Shown here: positions 51,485-64,000 of the stretch, in pieces
Numbering within the stretch: the first letter of the stretch is position 1
Layout: every line of letters begins with the position of its first letter
DNA from: Malacoraja senta
Lineage: Eukaryota
NCBI GenBank assembly: GCA_038087875.1
Contig: CM075994.1
Span: 1,490,001-1,554,000, forward strand
Length of the DNA stretch: 64,000 bases
Direction: 5' to 3'
Notes under the pieces: generated by a model
The model's input: only the letters and a program-made list of their open reading frames with translations
Databases searched by the model: none
What the model was told of the DNA's origin: nothing
Program-made: the position numbers and the translations under genes

Positions 51485-52916
51485 GTGTGTAAAACGTTGA
51501 ATGTTTTGTGACTGTAACCTGTGATATATGTCGGAAGGAACTACAGACGCTGGATTATACCCATGGTAAACAACACAAAATGCTGGAGTAACTCAGCAGG
51601 TCAGGCAGCATTTCTGGAGAAAAGGAACAGGTAACGTTTCGGGTGAAGAGTTCCGAGCCGAACGCCTATCCATGTTCTCCAGAGATGCTGCCTGACCCAC
51701 TGACTTACTCCAGCACTTTGTGGCTATTTCCAGTATCTCCTCCATTATAACCAATAGTTTATCCCCAAATGCTCCAGCCATAGGTTTCATTGTTCCTCTT
51801 TGCCTTCCTAAACATTTGACCTTTCTAATCAATATTCTTATTATGCACTCCTCACTCTCTTTGCCCTCACTTTATTCATCCATGAGCCCAAGTATTAGTC
51901 TGCTTTAAAGTTTCCTGTATTTCTACAACTAGTTTTTACAAAAGATAGACAAGATGCGGGGGTAACTCAGAAAGTCAAGCAGCATCTCTGGAGAAAATGA
52001 ATAGGTGATGTTTTGGGTTGGGACTGAGTCCGAGAATAGTCCCATCCCAAAACGTCACTTATCCATGTTCTCCAGATATGCTGCCTGACCCGTTGAGTTA
52101 CTCCAGCATTTAATGTCCCAATCTCCTGTAACCGGTGGTATTTGTGATACGGATGCCTTGGGCCAATATCAGACCAGCAGGGTTGCTTGAACTTGACACG
52201 CCAGCTTGCACAGCGGCAAACTCCTCAAGCTGCCATGTGGCCATTTATTTTAATCCTTATCTTGGTTATCTTCACATTACCTAGAAAGTTTATGTTCACT
52301 CACCATTCAATCATTGCTGATCTATCTTTCCCTCTCAACCCCATTGTCTTGCCTTCTCCCCATAACCCCTTACTAATCAAGAATCCATCAATCTCCACCT
52401 TAAAAATATCCAATCACGGCCTCCACAGCCTTCTGTGGCAACGAATTCCACAGATTCACCACCCTCAGACTAAAGTATCTGGTTACACTATGGTCAATTC
52501 AATTGTAATCATGTATAGTCTTTCCGTTGACTGGAAAGCATGCAACAAATAAACTTCAGTACATGACAATAAACTAAACTAAACCTAATTTATAGAGATA
52601 TCAAGTACCTTACAAGTAAAGTTGTTAGGGAGTTGGAATACAGTTCACTTTGATGGATTGAATTGAAAGATACAGCATGGAAACCGGCCCTTCGGCCCAC
52701 CGAGTCCACCCAGAGGAATCCCATGCAGACCCAGGGGTAATGTGCAGACTCCACACAGACGGCACCTGAGGTCAGGATCATACCCGGGTCTCTGGCGCTG
52801 TAAGACAGCAGCCTTTCATAACAGGTTGTCGCCATTTGTACACTAAACATAGTGTTTGTTATTAGTCAAGTAAATTAGCACCCTTCAAATGTAGTTATGT
52901 TCTCTTTCTATCATAG

Positions 52917-52957
52917 GGAAAATTATCAAGTCTGTCCCTGGAAAGTTGATAAAGGAG
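52917..52957 (+). CDS. SNX14: Sorting nexin 14 short exon
   Basis: AG/GTAAGT; (G)KIIKSVPGKLIKE; phase 1 to 0. Confidence 0.92.
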
Positions 52958-54261
52958 GTAAGTTCCAACCATTTTTCATACACCGTGCTGCCAAGCTTGA
53001 GTAGATACTTATTGGGCTTTCCTTCTGATGGGCTGCAAGGGAAATCTAGAAAGGAATTTATCCCATTGATCCCCTAGAATTATTTATTCCCACCACTCAG
53101 TTCATCCTGTTTCTCCCACTGGATATGATCGGAATGCAATTGAAATCCCCATTGGAATCTAATTGGAGACAATAATACTTTCTTCCTAAAAATTGGAAAG
53201 GAAGTCTCGAGCTGGTCACTTTGTCCACTTTTGGACTTTAGACTTTAAAGATACAGCGTGGAAACAGGCCCTTTGGCCCTCCAAATATGCACCAACCAAT
53301 GATCACCCACACACTAGCACTATCCTACACATTAGGGACAATTTACAATTTTATCGAAGCCAATTAACCTACAAACCTGAACGACTTTGGAGTGTGGGAG
53401 GAAACCGGAGCACCCGGAGAAAACCCATGCAGTCACACGGAGAACGTACAAACTATGTACAAACAACACCCTTAGTCAGGATCGAACCCAGGTCTCTGGT
53501 GCTGTAAGGCAGAACTCTACCGCTGCACCACTGTAAGATCACCCCTCATCCTCCATGCAACATCCTCGTAAACCACCCTGTACAAAGTGCTGGAGTAACT
53601 CAGCGGGTCCAGCAGCAAATCTGGAGAACACGTATAGGTGATCTTCTCCAGATAGTTATAAATGGGGTTGGTGCCAGTGTAAGTTTGGAACAAGGACTGT
53701 TCGACATAATCAACAAAAAAGGCAGGCATGTAGAAACAAGAAACTGCAGTACTGGTTTACAAAAAAAAAGACAAAATGCTGGAGTAACTCAGCGGGTCAG
53801 ATAGCATTATTGTTGGACATTTTGAATTGGGACCCATAGCTGGGCCCATGGTTACACCCTTGCCTTGAACGTAATGGGAGAAGTCAAAAGGGAAGTTGTT
53901 GAGGGTGAGGACGTTCCGCCAGGTGGAGGAGAGTGTCGGTAGAGGCGGACTGATTCAGTCTCTGTTCAAGGAAGAACCGGAGGGCCTGAGACCTTCATGG
54001 CGGGGAATGGGAGTGTAAAGGGACTCAGACGCCCAGATGAGGGCTCTGAGTGGGGGAGGATTGTGTCTATTTGGAATCATTGCGGTATCAAGAGAGAAAT
54101 CTTATCTAGAAAAGCAAACAATAAGTTTCTTCAAAAATTGTAAGAATCTCAATAAATTCCAGTTTGGGTTTTTCTGTTCTGCTGCCGTCTTCATTAAACA
54201 CCTTCCACAGCTCGCATTCACTGTGTGACCTATGTATTGTTCTCCTGTTATTGTCGTGTAG

Positions 54262-54381
54262 AAGGGTCAGCACTTGGAATCGTTCCTGACGGCATTCATC
54301 ATCTCCTGTGAAGCTCCCAAACCCAAACCGAGCCGCCCAGAGCTCACTATCGTCAGCCCCACCTCCGAAAACAAGAAGAAG
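54262..54381 (+). CDS. SNX14: Sorting nexin 14 exon
   Basis: [48 protein letters not shown]; phase 0 to 0. Confidence 0.93.
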
Positions 54382-55077
54382 GTGAGTCAAGGTGTAGTGA
54401 ATCCTGACAGGAGTCTGTCGAGGGAATTGGGCAATGATGTACTGCAGGGTGTCGCTACACTGATACACTAAAATGATTCACACACTACTATAATAAGTGT
54501 GACAGCGTACACCTCCAGATTCAGGGACTGTTTCTCTTCCCAGCTGGTATCAGGCAACTCAACCATTCTATCACCAACTAGAGAGCGCCCCTGACTTACC
54601 ATCTTCCCCATTGGAGACCCTCGGACAATCTTTAATCTTTAAACTTTATCTTGCACTAAACGTTATTCCCTTTATCCTGTATCTGTATACTGTGGACAGC
54701 TTGATTGTAAACATGTATTGTCTTTCTGTTGACTGATTAGCATCCAACAAAAAGCATTTTGCTGTACCTGCTGTGACAATAATCTAAACTAAATAATAGT
54801 TTGGAATAATTTCTAATTTTAATTAGACGAATTTAGGATTTTATATTCCTAAATATAATTTTGAAGGGAAAAAGGATAATTTTAATGAGTCTTAATTCCT
54901 TTATTCGCACCAGCACTGCCGTGGCAAACCGGTTCACTGATCCCTGAACAGGCGGCATGGTGGCTGGTAGAGCTGCTGCCTTGCACAGCCAGAGAGCCGG
55001 GTTCCATCCGGACCTCGGGTGCTGTCTGTGTGGAGGTTGCACGTTCTCCCTGTCTTTCCTCCGGGGTGCTCCGGTTT

Positions 55078-55673
55078 CATAGAAACATAGAAAATAGGTG
55101 CAGGAGGAGGCCATTCGGCCCTTCGAGCCAGCACCGCCATTCATTGTGATCATGGCTGATCGTCCCCTATCAATAACCCGTGCCTACCTTCTCCCCATAT
55201 CCCTTGAATTCCACTAGCCCCTACAGCTCTATCTAACTCTCTCATAAATCCATCTAGTGATTTGGCCTCCACTGCCCTCTGTGGCAGGGAATTCCATAAA
55301 TTCACAACTCTCTGGGTGAAAAAGTTTTTTCTCACCTCAGTCTTAAATGACCTCCCCTTTATTCTAAGACTGGCCCCTGGTTCTGGACTCGCCCAACATT
55401 GGGAACATTTTTCCTGCATCTAGCTTGTCCAGTCCTTTTATAATTTTATATGTTTCTATAAGAACACCCCTCATCCTTCTAAACTCCAGTGAATACAAGC
55501 CTAGTCTTTTCAATCTTTCCTCATATGACAGTCCCGCCATCCCAGGGATCAATCTCGTGAACCTACGCTGCACTGCCTCAATCACAATGATGTCCTTCCT
55601 CAAATTAGGAGACCAAAACTGTACACAATACTCCAGATGTGGTCTCACCAGAGCCCTATACAACTGCAGAAGA
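55078..55673 (-). mobile_element. CR1 3' fragment nested inside a V-SINE
   Basis: ORF 55364-55687 and a CATAGAAA tail. The SINE halves at ~54950-55077 and ~55674-55855 rejoin across it. Confidence 0.9.
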
Positions 55674-56927
55674 AACCCACATCCCAAAGACGTGCAGGTT
55701 TGTAGGTTAATGGTCCTCTGTAAATTGCCCCTAGTGTGTAGGGAATGGATGAGAAAGTCAGATAACTTAGAACTAGTATGAAAGGGTAATTGATAGTCGG
55801 ATGGACTCAGTGGGCCAAATGGCCTGTTTCCATGCTGTATCTCTAAACTAAACTAAGAACCAGACAACGGGGGCTGCCTGTGTGGACATTACCCCAATGA
55901 CCACGTGGGTTTCCTCTGGGTGCTCTGGTTTCCTCCCACATGCCAAAGACGTGTGGGTTTGTAGGTTAATTGGCTTCTGCAAATTATCCCTCGTGTGTAG
56001 GAAGGAACTAGTGTACGGGTGATCGTTGGTCAGCATGGGTCGAAGGCCCTGTTTCCATTCTGTACCTTTAAACTAAACTAAACTGAGAACCAAGGTCTGA
56101 GAGGTACACCGGTTTAAACGGTTCATGTTAGAACTAGCTGATTTTTGGAGAGTTAATACCAACAGAAATTTAATACATTTCTGGATGTAAAATGGTGTTT
56201 ATATTACGGGTAAATTCCAGTAAGTTCAGGATGTGCATGTAGATTTCTAAATGGTGGATATTTTTGGAAACGGGAGTGTCCCAACTGGTGAACCTGAGGT
56301 TTGGCATGATGGGAGTTGGTTACACACAGGGATGTCTGAGGTGGGTGGTGGAGGAGGATTGTTGAACTTTGGGATGTAAGAAAGAGAAGAGAGAGGAGGC
56401 TGTTTAGTGTCTTGCTCCTGCTCTGCCATCCATTATGATCACGGCTGATCCTTTACCTCAGCACCCCTTCCCTACACTAACCCCTTGATCTAAATCTTTC
56501 ACTCCCTGTCATAGATTCATATGGCAAGGAAACAGGCCCTTCAGCCCAATTGGCCCTTAGTGAACAAGATGTACAATCTACACTGGTCCCACCTGCCCGC
56601 ATTTGGCCCATAGCCCTCTAAACCTTTCCTAAGCGTATACCTGTCCAAGTGTCTTTTAAACATGCACTGGAACTGAGCACCTCATTTCCAGAGTTTCACA
56701 TATATGTCTACAGTTCCAGGCAATCCAGTTGGGAACAGCATCAACCCTGAGTCTGTCATCGAGCCCCATAAGAATTTAATTTATCTTATTTGGACCATTT
56801 TTCCCATTGTGTTTAATTTATTGTGACCTGAGGTATAAGGTATATTGAAAAGCATTTTTGTTGCGTGCTAACCAGTCAGCAGAAAGAATATACATGATTA
56901 CATTTGAGTCATCCACAGTGTACAGCT

Positions 56928-58459
56928 CGGGCACGTGCACGTACCCTGACTAAAATTATAAAATGATATTTATTAAAGATAAATAGTAAAGGCACGGGAG
57001 AATTATGCCTACCTAAGAGATCGATCTCTTAATTAGGCATAATTCTCCGTGCCTATCATGCGCAGTACTTGAAACACGCGAAAGTCTGTGCAGCTCACGT
57101 GCCGTCGATGCTGCTTCAAGACGTCAACGACAAAGGGAGCTGAAGGCACCTGAAATTCTGCCTTTGCACCATGGACTGCGTACTGCGCATGAGCAGCACA
57201 AGTTTTTTGGCGGGTTTTTCAAACATGGATTGTCATTATCGTAAGAGTATCTTAAGAAACAAAGAGAGAAGAACGGAGTTTGTGTACAAATAATGTGGTA
57301 AGTAAATTTCTTTGAGCTATGTTTTTAAATACTGTATTTCCCAGCAATGAAGACGCTATTTTTAATCCAAAAATAAGGCTTGAAAGTTTACATACATAGC
57401 CAAGTCTATCCCTCATTGGTAGCAGCTGATGGGAAGCGGCTGTAAAAGGACAGCGTCGCTAGGGGGGGGGGGTGATTGGAGAGTTCCTTTCACAGCGTGT
57501 GGGGAGTCTGGCCAGGGGTAAAGTTGCGGGAGGGCAGGAACGTTGAGAAGGAGGTGGTCGGGGTTCATGCCAGCAACCAGCTCAAGAGCGGGTCAGCGGG
57601 TGATGGATAACAGGACAGCGGGCGGTTGAGCTTACTCGTGTGTCAGCGCGAGTAACCTCAATTGGTCCCTTGTTCGCGCTGACACAGGAGTCAGCTCCAC
57701 TGCCCGCTGTACTGTTATCCATCGCCGGCTGACCCGCTCTGCTTTATGATCTTTGCTCTTGAGCTGGTCCCCTCACTATTCAGACGGAGAGCACTGCCAG
57801 AGGTAAGCGGGCCAGCAGAAGGCGCCGAGGTCCCGGCAGCCACTCGCAGCCACCCGTGCTACTTGCCTCAATGCAGTGGCTCCGCGCCTGGAGCTCCGCG
57901 GCAGCGGTGAGTGAGTGGGTTACTGGCATGATCCTCGACCACCTCCTTCTCAACGCTCCTGTCCTCCCCGCAACTTTACCTCTGGCCAGACTCCCCACAC
58001 GCTGTGAAAGGAACTCTCCCCTCAATTGGTCCCTTGAACTAGTATTATCATTCAATAAGATCACAACTGATTCAACTTGTCCCGGTGTGCTCCCGTTCTT
58101 CCCGCCATCTCTCCACCTGCTGTCACCCTCCACCCCCCACCCATTCAGCAATTCAGAATGAAGGAGATTTGGAAGCCTTGGGCAAATTGAATTGTTGCTT
58201 TCTTTATTTTTATTTTTATTTTTTTGAGTGTGAGAAATTCTATGTCCCGCCAGCCTTCTTTCAAAATTTAGCAACTCAAAATGGGGGTGCGTCTTCATTG
58301 CCGGGAAATACGGTACTTTATTAAGAGATATGGCTTTTGAAGACTTTATAAAAGTTGACTGACAGTTTACGGAGAGGAGAACAATCTGCGCAAGCGCGGT
58401 TTAAGATTTTTTTTAAAGAAGACTGACTGCCTACCCTGAGTAATTACGGCATGTGCCTG
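56928..58459. mobile_element. Non-autonomous hAT-type DNA transposon
   Basis: Termini CGGGCACGTGC / GCATGTGCCTG (imperfect TIR), flanked by an exact 8-bp TSD GTACAGCT (56920-56927 and 58460-58467). Confidence 0.8.
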
Positions 58460-59278
58460 GTACAGCTGATAAATGTACACCTGATAAAGATAATAACATT
58501 TAGTGCAAGATAAAGTCTATACACTGCTGTATGCAATGTGTTAATTCCTTAAATGTTCTCAATCAGTTGTCTTATTTCTTAATATCGTTTCCCAATGAAC
58601 TGTTGCTTAGTTTAGATGCAAGATCCTGTGTTAAGGGCAGTGGACAGGCGGTGTGCTCTAGTGCAGTCTTTCATTGCCAGAGTTTTGCCTGATATTGCAC
58701 CTGACTCGCTGTCTTAAGAGTCATAATTATACCGCACAGAAACAGGCCCTTTGGCTCAACTCACCCATGCCGATCAAGATGCCCCGTCTAAGCTAATGCC
58801 ATTTGCCCGCACTTGGCCCATATCCCTTTAAACCTTTCCTATCCATGTACCTGTCCCAATGTCTGTTAAATGTTCTTATTTTTCCATGCCTCAACTACCT
58901 CCTCTGGTAGCATTCTATATACCCACTACCCTCTGAGTGGAAAAGGTCGCCCCTCAGGTCCATATTAAATCTTGCCTTCTCGCCTTAAACCTATGTTCTC
59001 TGGATCTTGATTCCCCTACTCTGGGTAAAAGATTGTGTATTCACCCTTTCAATTCCCCTCGATTTTATACATCTCTATAAGCACGCACCTCTGCAAGATC
59101 AAAGCAGCTGTATAAGATCGATGTACCTCGATACGTCTTATTGAAAGAATCATAAGAAATATGTCACTGGTTTCTGTTGTACAAGGGATCATATACCTGT
59201 GAAAGTAAAAGGCACGGTGTCTATGTGTGTGTGAATTAACTTGATGGTTGGTATTTTTGATGGACTCCTATCTTTCAG

Positions 59279-59402
59279 CTCTTTACCGACTTGTACAAAA
59301 ACAATGCAAATCGCTCCGAAAGCACAGAGAAAAAGTACAATCAGAACTACTTCATGGAAATGATGACGTTGGATGGCATTTACGATTACATGATGTACGT
59401 GG
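59279..59402 (+). CDS. SNX14: Sorting nexin 14 exon
   Basis: [49 protein letters not shown]; phase 0 to 1. Confidence 0.93.
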
Positions 59403-60337
59403 GTAAGTAGGTATTCGGACTTGGCTAAAGAATTGTGACGAGCAAAGTGTACAAAACATGAGAGGAATAGATCGGGTAAATGCACAGAGTCTCTTGCCCA
59501 GCATAAGGGAATCGAGATCCAGAGGACCCAGGTTTAAGGTGAGGGGCGATAAATCTAATAGGAACCTGGGGGTAAGTTTTTTACATAAAGGGTGGTGGGT
59601 TTATGGAACGAGCTGCCGGAGGAGATAGTTGAGGCAGGGACTATCGTAACGTTTAAGAAACATTTAAACAGGTGCATGGATAGGATAGATTTAGAGGGAT
59701 ATTGGCCAAACACAGGCAGATGGGACTTGTGTAGAAGGGCGATGTTAGTCAACGTGGGCAAGTTGGGACGAAGGGCCTGTTTCCATGCTGTATGATTCTA
59801 TATTTCCATCAAACCGCCCCAAGTTCCCCAGTCTTCGTGTTTTTCTCCGCGGTAAAAACACAGGAGAATTACTCGTTGAGGACCTTGCCCATCTCCTGCA
59901 GCTCCACACATTAGATGACCGCTTTGGTTTCTGAGGGGGCTTATTCCCTGTCCAGTTACCCAGTGGATGACATCAGATTTGAGCTTGTGGCTGCCAATTC
60001 TCAAAGAGGAGAACCAGCCATTGCTAAATTATACTATGAATGGCATCTGGTTGAGCCTGTGGCTACGACTTCTTCCAGAAAGAGAGAATTTTCTTTCTAC
60101 CTAGAAAGGCTGTGGAGGACAAGTTCTGCTCCAACAACTTATCAACTTATGAGGGCATGAATGCAGCTCCCTAGGACTTTGGTTTGGCCACATTTGGAAT
60201 ATTGTGTGCAGTTCTGCTTGCCCCATTACAGGAAAGATGTGGAGGGAGCAACAACCAAGGAAAGAACTGGGGTGAGTGAGCTGTGGGTGACAACTATGAT
60301 TACCATGCTGACGGTGGGACTTTGCTCTGATTCACAG

Positions 60338-60502
60338 CCCGGGTTGTTTTCCACATCCCCGACTGGCTGCATCATTTGCTGATGGGTGGCCGGATTCTGC
60401 TGAAGAACACGCTGGAGGCATACGCTGACAACTACCTCCAGCGTAAGCTGGATCACCTTCTCCAGGAGCATCGAGTGGTCTCCCTCATAACTCTGCTGAG
60501 AG
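60338..60502 (+). CDS. SNX14: Sorting nexin 14 exon (Nexin_C/PXC region)
   Basis: AG/GTGAGT; (A)[54 protein letters not shown]; phase 1 to 1. Confidence 0.93.
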
Positions 60503-60704
60503 GTGAGTTAAGGCCATGTGTGCAGGGCATACGTTGGACCACAGAGCCCACCTCAGAGATCACTCCTGCCTGGTTAACTCCACCTCAGCCACTGCACTTC
60601 TATCCAGTTACAGTTTAGTTTATTGTTACGTGTACCGTGAAAAGCTTTTGTTGCGTGCTAACCAGTCAGCAGAAAGACAATATATGATTACAATCGAGCT
60701 ATAT

Positions 60705-62520
60705 AGATACATAGATACATAGAAAATAGGTGCAGGAGTAGGCCATTCGGCCCTTCGAGCCTGCACCGCCATTCAATATGATCATGGCTGATCATCCAAC
60801 TCAGTATCCCGTACCTGCCTTCTCTCCATACCCCCTGATCCCTTTAGCCACAAGGGCCACATCTAACTCCCTCTTAAATATAGCCAATGAACTGGCGTCA
60901 ACTACCCTCTGTGGCAGAGAGTTCCAGAGATTCACCACTCTCTGTGTGAAAAAGTTTTTCCTCATCTCGGTCTTAAAGGATTTCCCCCTTATCCTTAAGC
61001 TGTGACCCCTTGTCCTGGACTTCCCCAACATCGGGAACAATCTTCCTGCATCTAGCCTGTCCAACCCCATAAGAATTTTGTACGTTTCTATAAGATCCCC
61101 TCTCAATCTCCTAAATTCTAGCGAGTATAAGCCAAGTCTATCCAGTCTTTCTTCATATGAAAGTCCTGACATCCCAGGAATCAGTCTGGTGAACCTTCTC
61201 TGCACTCCCTCTATGGCTATAATGTCCTTCCTCAGATTTGGAGACCAAAACTGTACGCAATACTCCAGGTGTGGTCTCACCAAGACCCTGTACAACTGCA
61301 GTAGAACCTCCCTGCTCCTATACTCAAATCCTCTTGCTATGAAGGCCAACATACCATTCGCTTTCTTCACTGGCTGCTGCACCTGCATGCCTACTTTCAA
61401 TGACTGGTGTACCATGACACCCAGGTCTCGCTGCACCTCCCCATTTCCTAATCGGCCACCATTTAGATAATAGTCTGCCTTCCCGTTTTTGCCACCAAAG
61501 TGGATAACCTCACATTTATCCACATTATACTGCATCTGCCAAACATTTGCCCACTCCCCCAGCCTATCCAAGTCACCTTGCAGTCTCCTAGCATCCTCCT
61601 CACAGCTAACACTGCCCCCCAGCTTAGTGTCATCCGCAAACTTGGAGATGTTGCTTTCAATTCCCTCGTCCAGATCATTAATATAAATTGTAAATAGCTG
61701 GGGTCCCAGCACTGAGCCTTGCGGTACCCCACTAGTCACTGCCTGCCATTGTGAAAAGGACCCGTTTACTCCTACTCTTTGCTTCCTGTTTGCCAGCCAG
61801 TTCTCTATCCACATCAATACTGAACCCCCAATACCGTGTGATTTAAGCTTGTATCCTAATCTCTTATGTGGTACCTTGTCGAAAGCCTTCTGAAAGTCCA
61901 GATACAACACATCCACTGGTTCTCCCCTATCCACTCTACTAGTTACATCCTCGAAAAATTCTATAAGATTCGTCAGACACGATTTACCTTTCGTAAATCC
62001 ATGCTGACTTTGTCCAATGATTTCACCACTTTCCAAATGTGCTGCTATCCCATCTTTAATAACTGACTCTCGCAGTTTCCCCACTACCGATGTTAGACTA
62101 ACTGGTCTGTAATTCCCCGTTTTCTCTCTCCCTCCCTTCTTAAAAAGTGGGGTTACGTTTGCTACCCTCCAATCCTCAGGAACTACTCCAGAATCTAAAG
62201 AATTTTGAAAAATTATCACTAATGCATCCACTATTTCTGGAGCTACTTCCTTAAGTACTCTGGGATGCAGCCTATCTGGCCCTGGTGATTTATCGGCCTT
62301 TAATCCATTCAATTTACCCAACACCACTTCCCGACTAACCTGGATTTCACTCAGTTCCTCCATCTCCTTTGACCCGCGGCCCCCTGCTATTTCCGGCAGA
62401 TTATTTATGTCTTCCTTAGTGAAGACGGAACCAAAGTAGTTATTCAATTGGTCCGCCATATCCTTGTTCCCCATGATCAATTCACCTGTTTCTGACTGCA
62501 AGGGACCTACATTTGTTTTA
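60705..62520 (-). mobile_element. CR1 LINE, young, 5'-truncated, open RT ORF
   Basis: Uninterrupted 574-aa ORF with the full set of RT motifs (NYRPVSLT, QHGF, DFQKAFD, GVPQGS, SKFADD, RDLGV) and a (TATCTATG/TTTCTATG)n tail. Confidence 0.96.
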
Positions 62521-62544
62521 TGCATGATTACAATGTGTTTACAT

Positions 62545-62920
62545 CAAAGATAGACAGGTGACGGGGGGCTGATTGGTAGATGGTTGAACAAAGGCCAGAG
62601 ATGGAGAGCCAAGAAGTATGAGGTAAGGAGAGAAGAAGTGCAAAATGTGAAGCCAGAGGAGGGAAGGAAGAGGAGAAATGGGTTCAAACCCAGGGGGGGG
62701 GGGAAGAAGAAAAGAGGAGGGGGAGTTCTTAGTAAGTTGAAATCAGAGAATTTGTTGTTCGTACCACTGGGTTGTAAGCTGCCCAAGCGGAATATGAGGT
62801 GCTGTTCCTCCAATTTACGTGTGGCCTCATCATGGCAATGCAGTCCTTCCAGGACTGAATCTTCAGTGTGGGAATGGGAAGGGGAGTTAAAATATTTAGA
62901 AACCGGGAGATCCAGCAGGT
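62545..62920 (-). mobile_element. Penelope-like 3' fragment
   Basis: EEQHLIFRLGSLQPSG peptide. Confidence 0.8.
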
Positions 62921-63797
62921 CTGCAAATCATACCCCATGGTTTACTGATCTGCTGATCCCTCTATCTTAGATGTGGTTTCATGCTTTGCACGTGTATCAT
63001 GCTCCATCGTTTCATTGAATTCATTGTTTGTATTACAGTGTAGAGTTTGTTGTGTTCACGGTGATCAGGTGAAGATTGGAGGCTGGTGTTTGATGCTGTT
63101 TATAGATTCCTCCTGCAGTAAATTATAGCTGTGAACTACATCAATGCTTGAACTGCATCTTAGCAAGATCAACTTACCACAGTGGTGAAGCTGGTAGAGC
63201 TGCTGTCTCACAGCGACCCGGGGTCGATCCTGACCTTGGATGCTGTCTGTGTGAAGTTTGCACGTTCCCCCTGTGACGGCGTAGGTTTCCTCCGGGTGCC
63301 CCAGTTTTCTCCTACATACCAACGACATGCGGGTTTGTAAGTTAATTGGCCTCTGTAAATTGCTCCTAGTTTAGAGATACAGCGTGGTAATAGGCCCGTT
63401 GTCCTACCGACCAGCGATCCCTGCACACTAGCACAATCCTACACACATTAGCCTACAAAACTGTACGTCTTTGGAGTGTGGGAGACACTGGAGCATCCTT
63501 GTGAAAACCCACGCGGTCACGGGGAGAACGTACAAACTCTGTACAGACAGCACCCGTAGTCAGTATTGAACCCAGGTCTCTGGAGCTGTAAGGCTGCAAC
63601 TTTACCGCTGAGCCACGGTGCCACCCCAAGTCTGTAGGGAGTGGATGTGACAGTGAGATAACAGAACTAACGTTTAGGTAGTGGATTCAGTGGCCCCTTT
63701 CTGAACCATCTTATTTCCTCCTGATTGTGAAACTTCCTGACCACCAACCTCAGCCGGGTTTCTGCGGAAGACTGAAACATGATTTATTGTATTACAG

Positions 63798-63893
63798 ATG
63801 CAGTCTTCTGTGAGAATACTGATGCTCGCTCCACTGAAGACAGACAGAAGAGAGCAAAGCAAACGTTTGATGAAATGATGAATTACATTCCAG
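63798..63893 (+). CDS. SNX14: Sorting nexin 14 exon (PXC region); the gene continues beyond the window
   Basis: AG/GT; (D)[31 protein letters not shown]; phase 1 to 1. Confidence 0.92.
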
Positions 63894-64000
63894 GTAGGAA
63901 GTTAGAGTGGTTCAGGGCTGGCAAGCCAACAGTGACAAACGCTGCTACTTCAGGAGCAAAGGGAACTGCTGTCATGAAGTTGGCCATGGTTTGCAATAAA

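Noticed and set aside
57780..58298. 172-aa ORF inside the hAT-type element as a transposase
   Set aside because: No BED finger, DDE or hAT dimerisation motifs; it overlaps the inverted-repeat arms.

Overview
Eukaryotic, repeat-dominated DNA that looks like a cartilaginous fish, probably a skate or ray. This is inferred from CR1 LINEs with (TTTCTATG)n tails, abundant HE1-like V-SINEs and a two-exon GPR139/142-like receptor. Two host genes can be reconstructed, both on the + strand. (1) A complete two-exon GPR139/GPR142-like class A GPCR (9254-9323 joined to 16260-17152, 320 aa). (2) Ten phase-consistent GT-AG exons of sorting nexin 14 (41625-63893) covering the PX domain and C-terminal region; the gene continues past the window end, and I cannot find its 5' exons. 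The rest is largely transposon-derived: CR1, Rex1/Babar, L2, L1, Penelope-like (RT + GIY-YIG), a Gypsy integrase/LTR remnant, a DIRS fragment, an IR/DR Tc1, a hAT-type non-autonomous element and other DNA-transposon-like pieces. There is also an exactly 1000-bp perfect (TG)n tract and a 200-N gap. The most notable non-gene signals are: dispersed minimal hammerhead-ribozyme motifs carried by Penelope ends, nested long inverted repeats in an snx14 intron, a degenerate 12-bp-period array present in inverted copies, and a DIRS fragment flanked by a 32-bp duplication. Repeat boundaries are approximate unless a TSD or splice site is quoted.
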